This document shows, piece by piece, positions 27,173-35,900 of a DNA stretch of 64,000 nt (position 1 is its first letter; every line of letters starts with the position of its first letter). Made by a program: the position numbers and the translations under genes. The stretch comes from Verrucomicrobiales bacterium (lineage in GTDB: Bacteria > Verrucomicrobiota > Verrucomicrobiia > Limisphaerales > UBA11320): assembly GCA_016793885.1 (NCBI GenBank), contig JAEUHE010000236.1, positions 15,876 to 79,875 on the forward strand. Direction: 5' to 3'. The notes beneath the pieces were generated by a model. The model had not been told where the DNA came from and did not search any database. It saw only the letters and a program-made list of their open reading frames with translations.

Positions 27173-27232
27173 ATACAGGACTAAATCGGTCCTATTGCTC
27201 CTCAATGTAGGAACGAAGTTGGAGAGAGTCAA
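27173..27232 (-). promoter_or_regulatory. candidate sigma70-type promoter and Rrf2 operator-like palindrome upstream of the Fe-S operon
   Basis: The minus strand reads TTGACT (27232-27227), 17 nt, TACATT (27209-27204). It then reads ATAGGAC-CGATTTA-GTCCTGTAT (27195-27173), ending 8 nt before the Rrf2 ATG. The palindrome loosely resembles the IscR type-1 site pattern (ATA..GAC......GTC..TAT). Confidence 0.4.
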
Positions 27233-27322
27233 TGGAGAGTTAAGATTTAGTTGAGGAGAGGGTGTAATTTGAAGTGGGGGAGATTCAGGTTGAATTGAGC
27301 GGGTAACTCCCTGCGATGGTGC

Positions 27323-27574
27323 GGGCTTTCAGCCCTTAGCGCGTGTCGGGTGAAGAATCCTGGGGTTGTCACCCCAGGCTGGGATGGTGCTGGGCCTGTG
27401 GCCCGCCGACTCCAACACGACTGATCCATTCCATTCGAACCTGGGCTCACTGGTCTAGGCTGGCTTTGGTATTGGGTCGAAGGCTCGTCGGGCTTGAGCA
27501 TCAACGGTGCGTCCTATCCCAGCCTGGGGTGACAACCCCAGGTTACGATCCACCTCCCATCCAGGGCTGAAAGC
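27323..27574. repeat. family-D inverted-repeat element (~250 bp)
   Basis: Left arm: GGGCTTTCAGCCC...CCTGGGGTTGTCACCCCAGGCTGGGA (27323-27384). Right arm: TCCCAGCCTGGGGTGACAACCCCAGG...GGGCTGAAAGC (27517-27574). Both blocks in each arm are reverse complements of the partner blocks. Confidence 0.65.
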
Positions 27575-27633
27575 TCGGCATCAGGCTGCCGAGTCCGTCC
27601 CGCCTTTACCACCTCTTTAACCCGGAATTGATC

Positions 27634-28431
27634 TTACCCCTTGGCAGCTGGCACAGCGCCCAGCCGCTCGTAGAGCTTGGCTAGCCGTCGAGCGTGTTCG
27701 TCGTAGGCCGCTTCGAACAGCTCCGTGGCTCGAGGCGTTCCGACCAAAGCGCTGGCGGTCAGGACTTTCGGAGGGTGTCCAGCTTGGGTGAGCCGTGCGG
27801 CTACCTCGGCTTTGACACTATTGATCAGGAGGCAGCCTCCGATAGTCGACCCCGGGGCTACGGGGGTGTCGAGATCGGGGACTCGCACCATGGCATCGCC
27901 CACGGGGGCTCCGGTGTCGAGAACCAGATCGGCGAAGTCCTGCAGCTTTTTCCCGCCGGGGTGACGAGTTTGGCTCGCGTCCGAGTGGCGTTGGCTGACG
28001 ACGGCCACAACCCGGATTCCTCGAGCCTTAAAGCCTTCGGCCATCTCGATGGGTACCAGATTGCATCCACTGGAGGAGGCGACCAGGGCGGTGTCGACTG
28101 GGGACAGGTCAAAGTTCCTCAGGATGCGAGCAGCGAGGCCAGGGACGTTCTCCAGGAACATGGCTTGGCGTTGCCCGTTGGCACCCACGACCAAGTTATG
28201 GAAGCTGAGGCTGAGTTCCACGATGGGGTTGAAACCTGGAAAGGATCCATAGCGTGGCCACATTTCCTCGACCAGGATGCGGCTATGGCCGGATCCGAAG
28301 AGATGAACCATTCGACCAGCCAGGATGGTGGCAGCGAACCAATCGGCGGCTTGGCGGATGGCCGACGACTGGGCTTCCACCCGGTCGACGATTTGTCGGC
28401 ATTGTGTTAAGTAGTCGAGGCTCGGAGTCAT
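27634..28431 (-). CDS. SIS (sugar isomerase/phosphosugar-binding) domain protein, UPF0309-like
   Basis: The 265-aa ORF shows the pattern AATILAGRMVHLFGSGHSRILVEEM ... SSSGCNLVPIEMA ... VVAVVS, recalled from SIS-domain proteins. The assignment is motif recall only. Confidence 0.55.
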   Translation of the reverse strand: MTPSLDYLTQCRQIVDRVEAQSSAIRQAADWFAATILAGRMVHLFGSGHSRILVEEMWPRYGSFPGFNPIVELSLSFHNLVVGANGQRQAMFLENVPGLAARILRNFDLSPVDTALVASSSGCNLVPIEMAEGFKARGIRVVAVVSQRHSDASQTRHPGGKKLQDFADLVLDTGAPVGDAMVRVPDLDTPVAPGSTIGGCLLINSVKAEVAARLTQAGHPPKVLTASALVGTPRATELFEAAYDEHARRLAKLYERLGAVPAAKG

Positions 28432-28654
28432 GTTAAGGGAAGGAGAGTAAGGAAGGCTGCCGCCTCACGAAAGTGCAAAGTGGGGGGGATCGCTGGAGTG
28501 CGAGGTGGTAGGTGGTAGATGGTAGGTGGTTCGGCAGTTGGTGAACCACACAAATGCTTTTCCATCCGAGTCATCCGAGAAATCCGTGGTTACAACTGCC
28601 ATTTTCAGGATAAACCTCGTCGGATCGATCTTCGATCAAAGCCCGCCTTACCGC

Positions 28655-29935
28655 TTATGATTTTGGGGCCCACTCGTTCAGGGCGCGTTCGGGCAGTGAC
28701 GGTCCTTCAGCGGGCTGGAGCAGCTCGAGCGCTTGGCCGACCAGGTACAGGGAGCCTGCAATCACTGAGAGCTCGGCATCCCGGGTTGACCGCAGCGCTG
28801 CAGCTACCGTGTCCGCCTTTTCGATGCGGAGTTGTGGGGCACGCGATCGACAGAAGGGCTCGAGTTCATCCGGTGTGGCGGTGCGGTTGCTGTCCACCCG
28901 CACCAAAACCAGTCGCTTCATGAGCGGGAGCAGGACCTCGATCATGGTTTCCCAAGCTTTATCCTTGAGCACTCCGAGGACGAAGACAGCCTGTTGACCT
29001 GGGTATTCTGATTCCAGTGTGTCCCGAAGCACTTGGGCTCCATCCGCGTTGTGTGCACCATCTAAAATATGGATGGTTCGGGGGGAGGCGACCCGCTGAA
29101 ACCGGCCCGGCCAGGTCGTCTGTTCGAGCCCTTGCTTTCGGGCCGCCAGCGAGACGGGCAGCTGATGGTTGAGCGTTTCGACGGTGGCCAGTGCGACGGA
29201 AGCGTTCTGCCGCTGGTGCGGGCCTGGCAACGGAAGCTGGACGCCATGGAGCCCCGGTGACTCGGCCGTTTCCGTGGTCAGCAGACGCAGTGGGGCGCTC
29301 TTCAACCGGCAAACCTCCCGCAAAACCAGTTCCACCTCCGGTTGCTGGGGGGCGCTGACACAGGGGATGGCTGGTTTGATGATCCCGGCTTTCTCGGCGG
29401 CGATCTTGGCCACCGTGTCTCCGAGCCATTGCTGGTGATCGAGGCCGATGCGCGTGATCACGCTCGCCAAAGGAGTGACAATGTTCGTGGCGTCCAACCG
29501 ACCTCCGAGGCCGGTTTCCCAGACCACCACATCGCAGCGCTCGTCTGCAAAGTGGAGCAGGGCCATGAGGGTTACCACCTCGAAGAACGTCGGATGATCC
29601 GGCTCGCTCAGTTTCGTCAAGGCTGGCCGTATTCGGTTCAACAGATCCACCACTGCTGCTTCCGGCAGAAGCCGACGGTTGATCTGGATGCGCTCGCCGA
29701 AGTGCACAAGGTGGGGTGAGGTGAAGAGGCCCACCTTGAGTCCACTCGCCCGATACATGCTCTCCAGGAAGGCACAGGTTGAGCCTTTGCCGTTGGTTCC
29801 TGCCACATGGATGAAACGCAGCCGTTCCTGCGGTGAACCCAGTTCGGCCGCGAGTTGGACGGTGCGTTCCAGTCCAAGTCGCATGCTGAACTGGCCCAAC
29901 CCGTGGAGGAATTGGATCGCTTCCTGATAGGTCAT
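28655..29935 (-). CDS. folC: folylpolyglutamate synthase / dihydrofolate synthase (Mur ligase family)
   Basis: The 426-aa ORF has a P-loop (HVAGTNGKGST), then FTSPHL and GLGGRLDATN motifs and a C-terminal Mur-ligase domain. ATG checked at 29933-29935, 43 nt downstream of the megasynthase stop. Confidence 0.8.
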   Translation of the reverse strand: MTYQEAIQFLHGLGQFSMRLGLERTVQLAAELGSPQERLRFIHVAGTNGKGSTCAFLESMYRASGLKVGLFTSPHLVHFGERIQINRRLLPEAAVVDLLNRIRPALTKLSEPDHPTFFEVVTLMALLHFADERCDVVVWETGLGGRLDATNIVTPLASVITRIGLDHQQWLGDTVAKIAAEKAGIIKPAIPCVSAPQQPEVELVLREVCRLKSAPLRLLTTETAESPGLHGVQLPLPGPHQRQNASVALATVETLNHQLPVSLAARKQGLEQTTWPGRFQRVASPRTIHILDGAHNADGAQVLRDTLESEYPGQQAVFVLGVLKDKAWETMIEVLLPLMKRLVLVRVDSNRTATPDELEPFCRSRAPQLRIEKADTVAAALRSTRDAELSVIAGSLYLVGQALELLQPAEGPSLPERALNEWAPKS

Positions 29936-29978
29936 CGCCCCGACGATGCCCCAGGCGGACGCGAAGGTCCATCCCCGG

Positions 29979-32900
29979 TTAGCCGAGCTTGTCGATGCGT
30001 GACTTGAGCTCGGTCGCCAGCAGCTGGACGTAGGGTTCGACCAACATGGCGTGGGGATTCACGGGTAGTTCGACCGGATCGATTCCACCCTTGGCTAGAT
30101 CCCCCCAGCCCATCTTGGGATCTGGGTAGTAGTCGTAATTAACCTTAGGTTTGAAGAGCGTGAGGGTGCCGGCATAGGGCTTCGGCTCGTAGCGATCGCA
30201 GGCAGCGTCGTTGCTCGCCTGGACGGAAGCCTCGCGAAGTTGTGTGGGTTCGTCGGAACCCGGGGATGCCGGCTCGGCCGGCCCTTTGCGACTCAGGAGG
30301 TTCGCCAGTTCCCCGTCCCGCGCGACCCGGGCCTTCTCCTTGATGTATTTGACCATTTCGCCCGGGCTGAGCTTCACGAAGTTTCCGACGTGGAACTTCA
30401 TTTTCTGCAAGAGGTGGCTGGTTGAATTCGTTTTGAGTGCGAGCCCGAAATTGTAGGTGTCGAGCATCGCCAATAGCCTGGTGGTCTCACCGGCCTTCAG
30501 AAGCATCTGGGCCATCTCGTAGGCGATGGTTCCGCCCATGCAATATCCGCCCAGCAAGTAGGGGCCCTTGGGCTGGATTTTCCGAACTTCTTTGAGATAG
30601 AGCGCCGCCATTTCTTCGAGGCTGTTAAGCGGGGGCGTTTTCGCGTCGAGTCCCTGCGACTGCAAGCCGTAGAGCGGGTAGTCCGGCGCTAGGTGTCGGG
30701 CCAGAGCCTGATAGAGCAGGACATTGCCGCCGGCTCCGTGGACTAGGAACAGCGGGCGCTTGTTGCCGCGAGGTTGAATGGGCACCAGCGGCGACCAGTT
30801 CTCGTCCGTTGACTCCTCCACCTCACCGGTCAGCGCTCGAGAGAGTTGTTCGATGGTTGGTGATTTGAACAGCGTGGCGAGCGGCAGTTTCTTGCCGAAT
30901 TCCTTTTCGATCCTCGCGAAGAGGGCGACGGCACGGAGCGACTGTCCGCCCAGGTCGAAGAAATTGCTCCGGATGCTGATTCGCTCCAGCTTGAGGATCT
31001 CGCTCCAGATCTGGGCTAGTTTCTTTTCGGTCGCGTTCCGCGGAGGTACGAAGTCGTCCGCGGTATGGTCCTGGCTCGGTCCGGGATGCGGCAAAGCCCG
31101 GCGGTCGATCTTCCCATTCGGCGTTTGGGGCAGCTTGGGCAGAACCACGAAATGACACGGAACCATGTATTCGGGCAGGCTGGCTCGGAGGAGAGCTTTG
31201 AATTCTGCGCGGGCGCTGGCCTCGTCGAGTGATCCTGGTCCCCCGTTGGGCACGATGTAGGCAACGAGGGCCGGGTGTCCGGGAGACTCATCGGTTAGAA
31301 TCACGGCGGCTTCCTTGAGTTTGGGGGAGGTCAGCAGCACGGTTTCGATTTCACCCAGTTCAATGCGATGTCCCCGAAGCTTGACCTGAAAATCGATGCG
31401 GCCGAGGCATTCAATTTCCCCGTTCGGGAGGAAACGAGCCAGGTCGCCGGTGCGATAGACTCGCGGGCTTGAAGCGGAGCTGAAGGGATTGGGAATGAAC
31501 TTCTCCTCGGTCAGCGCCGAACGGTTGCGATAGCCGCGCGCCAGGCCCAGACCTCCGATCAGCAACTCTCCGGCAACGCCGATGGGGACCGGCTGGAGTT
31601 GGCTGTCCACGATATAGGTCTGGGTATTGGCTATGGGCTTTCCTATGGAGATGGGCTGGTCCTTCTTCAGTTGGACGGCAGTGGACCAGATCGTGGTTTC
31701 CGTTGGACCGTAAACGTTCCAGAGGGATCCGCAGCGGCTCAGGAGTTTTTCTGCCAGATCGGCGGCCATCGGTTCTCCCCCGCAGAGCAACTTAAGCTTA
31801 GGACCGCCCCGCCAATTTGAGGCGGCCAGCATGCGCCAGGTTGTGGGTGTCGCCTGCGCCAGGGTGATTCCGGTGCGGCTGATCAGGTCACTGAGGATGG
31901 CCGGATCGAGGGCGGCAGTCCGCGGAGCGATCACGATCTTGGCCCCGCTGATTAACGGCAAGAACACCTCCAGGCCCGCGATATCGAAAGAGAGCGTGGT
32001 CAAGGCCAAGACCACATCTTCTGGAGTGATCCCCGGCTGCCGCCGCATGGAGATCAGGAAGTTGGCGAAGGCGCGATGGGTTATTTCTGCGGCCTTCGGG
32101 GTTCCTGTGCTTCCTGAGGTGTAAATGGCATAGGCAAGGTCATCTGGATGAATCGGGCGCGAAACGGGACCCTGGCTTTCCGCTAGCAGCGCATCGCGTT
32201 GGCCATCCATGGATATGACTCGGATCTTGGTGGAGCCCAGTCGAGCCTGGAGGGATTGTTGCGAGAGGACGATCTTGGCCCCGGAGTCGCTGAGCATCGA
32301 CGTGATGCGCGCGGTGGGCACCTCGGGATCGATCGGCACATAGGCGGCTCCTGCTTTGAGGATGCCAAGCAACCCGATCACCATATCCAAGGAGCGCTCG
32401 AGGCAAACCGCCACCACCGAGTTGGGAGCGGCCCCTACTTTCGCCAAGTGGTGAGCCACCTGATTCGACCGTGCATCCAGTTCGGCGTACGAGAGCCGCT
32501 GGCCCTCGAACTCCACCGCAACCCGCTTGGGCGTCTGTCGTGCTTGCACGGTGCAGAGTTCAACCACGCTCGCCTGCTCCGGCAATTCCAGCGTGGTTTG
32601 GTTCCATTCGACCAGGATCTGGTGCCGCTCGGCCTGATTCAACAGGGAGAGCTGGCCAATCGGAGTCGCCGGGTCTGCGACGATCGATTCCAAAAGAGTT
32701 TGGAAATGTCCGACCCAGCGGCGGATCGATTCCGCATCGAACATGTTGCGGTTGTAATCGCACTCCACCAGGAGGTGATCGCCCTCGTCGACCAGGTTAA
32801 AGCCGAGGTCGTATTGGAAGAAGAAGCGGGGCCCCGCCGTGATCTTCTGACTGAGTCCGGAGAACCTGACCTTGTTGAGCGGCGGGTCCAGGTTAAAGAG

Positions 32901-35900
32901 CACGGAAGCCAGTGGGATACGGCTGGGATCGCGCGGGATGTCCAGTTTTTGAGCGATGGATCCGAATGTGGTGTTCCAGTTTTCCTGGGTGTCGAGGACC
33001 AACCCCAGAGCGTTCTTCAGAAGTGTGTTGAAAGGTTCCGCTGGGTTTACCGCAGCCCGAAGCGGCAGCGTGTGCACGCATTGCCCCACCAGCGTTTCGC
33101 TGCCCATGGCGCTCTGGCCTGCATACGGCACACCAATCACGATGTCGTTCAGCCCGCTTAGGCGATGCAGCCAAACCTGATAAGCGCCCAGCAGCAGCGC
33201 GAAGGGGGTGTTGCGTTGCGACTGCGCAGTTTTCTTGATGGACTGGAAGAGACTGGCAGGCAGGCGCAAGCTGTGGCGCTCGCCTTCATAAGTGCGGTTC
33301 TTGGGGCGCGGGCGGTAAGAGGGCAGATCCAGCGGCGCGGGGACATCGGGAAATCTGGCCAGCCAGAAGGCCTCCGACTGAACGGCGATCTCCTGTTGTT
33401 CGGGGCGGCCGAGCCACTCCGCATAGTTGCGCATGGGGACGATCGGACGCAGGGAGGGGACACGATCCTCCACATAGGCCGAATACAGCTCACTGATCTC
33501 CTCTAGCACGACGTTGTAGCCCCATCCGTCGCAGACAATCATGTTCAGGCTGAACACCAGCATGTGCTCGGATTGGGACAACTTGATGATATGGAAGGTG
33601 ACCAACGGCCCTTCATTCAGATCATAGAGCCGCTGTCCCTCCTGTTGGAGAATCTGGGCCGTTTCCGATTCTCGTTCGACTTGAGGCAGGTCGCTGAAAT
33701 CATGGACCGGCACATCGATCGTGATCGACGGGTGGATCAGGATGCACATGCCGTCGGCACTGAAGGTGGATCGAAGCGCCTCATGGCGGTCGATGATCTG
33801 GTGGATGGCGCGGCGCAGGCACTCGATGTTGAGCGGCCCGCGCAACTGCACGACATTGCTGGCATTGAACGCGCCGGAGGCCTCCGGCTGAATCTGCGTC
33901 GAGAGCCACATCTCCTTCTGGGAATCGGTCAGGGAGCAGCTTCTGGTTCCGGGTGGCAGGCCGGGAATTTCCTGGGTGTCCGGGCGCGTGCGGGCAGAGA
34001 CCGTGGTCGGGGTGGCACCCGAGGGCGGAGGAGTGGGTGCTCCCGGGGGAAGCGTTGCCTGCGTGCTCGCGATCTGCGCGAATTCAGCATCGCTGGTGCC
34101 GGGCAGGAAGCCGCCCAATTGCATCTCGGCGACCGCCTCCTTAAACGCCCGCGAAACGTAACTCAGATCCGCCTCGGTGTGTGCCAGTGTGAAATAGCAG
34201 GGCCTCCCTTCCCAGACATGAACCCCCTTCAAGCGCATGAAGTACCAGAGCAGGCTGATGAACTCGAGGTCATGCGCGTGTTCGATGTTCGCGAATGCGC
34301 AGAAGTGCGGGAAACGGATGGGTACCTGGTTACGTTCGAAGTATTGGTTCAACTCCGTGCAGAATTTGGTCACTCGGTCCGTGATGCCTAACTGAAGCTG
34401 CGGGCCTTCTTGCTGGAGTTTCTTCAGGATGGTCCAAGCGGCACGGATCGCCAAGGGATGTCGGACGAACGTTCCTGCAAAGAACGTGACGCCCACTTCG
34501 GGGAAGGAATCATCACCGTAGTTCCAGGCGCCGCCATCGAGCGCGTCCATATATTGACGCTTGCCGGCCAGGACTCCGATTGGGATGCCTCCCCCAATGA
34601 CTTTGCCGTAGGTCGCCATATCCGCTTCCACACCAAAATACGCCTGCGCGCCGCCCGGGTGGCAGCGGAAACCGGTGACCACTTCGTCGAAGATGAGCGC
34701 GGCTTCGGCGTCGCGCGTGATCTGGCGCAGCGCCTTCATGAACTCCTTCGGCTGGAGCCCCGGGGAGCGGCTCTGAACAGGCTCGACCAAGACGGCGGCG
34801 ATCTCGTGGATGTGGGCTTTGATGACCTCGAGCGACTCAGGGACGCCGTACTCGAGGATCAGCATGTTCTCGACGAGGCTGGACGGGATTCCCGGGGCGA
34901 TGGCCTGGGCTCGGTATTCCCCGTTGACCCAGGCGCCGCGAACGAGCACCTCCTCGAACATCCCGTGGTAATCGCCCGTGAAGTAAACCACCCGTTTGCG
35001 ACCGGTGATGGTGCGCGCGAGCCGGATCGCGGCCATGACCGCTTCGGAGCCAGTGTTGCAGAAGGTGGCGCGGTCCATCCCGGTGAACTCGCAGATCATT
35101 TTCGCCACCTCACCGGCCAGGGCTGACTGTGGCCCGATTTCTATGCCGGTATCCAGCTGGTCGTGCAGCGGCTGGATGAGCCAGTCGGGCGAATGCCCGA
35201 AGAAGTAAGTGCCGAACCCCATCGTGATGTCGACATACTCGTTCCCATCGAGATCCCAGATTCGGGAGCCCTTGGAGCGCGTGGACACAATGGGGTAGAC
35301 CATCTCCTTCCAATTGCGCTTGAACCCGGCGACAGCCCGGGGGTCGGCGAAGTGCGGCCGGTGCTCGGCGGTGTACTTCTTGGAGCCGCCAGTTTTCGCC
35401 TGGTATCGGGCGAGTAGCTGATTGAGCGCTCCCTCCTGAACGGCGGTTAGACCACCTTTCTGTCCCTTCTCGATGGGCTTGTAGGGGCCGAAGCGTTTAA
35501 ATTCCTGCTGGGCCGTCGCCACGGCGTGGGCGGGAGGTTTCGCTCCCGGCCAGCGAATGGTTGGTAATGAGCTGGCTGGACTTCCGGACGTGCTCGTCCC
35601 TGCGGGGATGGCGGCCGGTGTGGGCGCAACCTGGCCCTTCTGCTGGGCCAGTAGCAGCTGCATGAGCTGGATCTGTTGAGCCATCAACTGCTCCATCATG
35701 TTGCCGCCGGCAGGCGCCGCAGCAATCGGAGTCGCGTTGAGCGGCGAGGAATTCATGCTCAGTGCTGTCGGCGGTGGCGTGGCCGCCGGGGCTGCTGAGG
35801 CACTGGCGGCCGGCGTGACCGGAGCGGGAGCGGGAAGCGCGTCGGCGGGCAGCTTGTTGTCAATGTAGCTGGCCAGGGCGTCGACGCTCGAGAGATCCCC

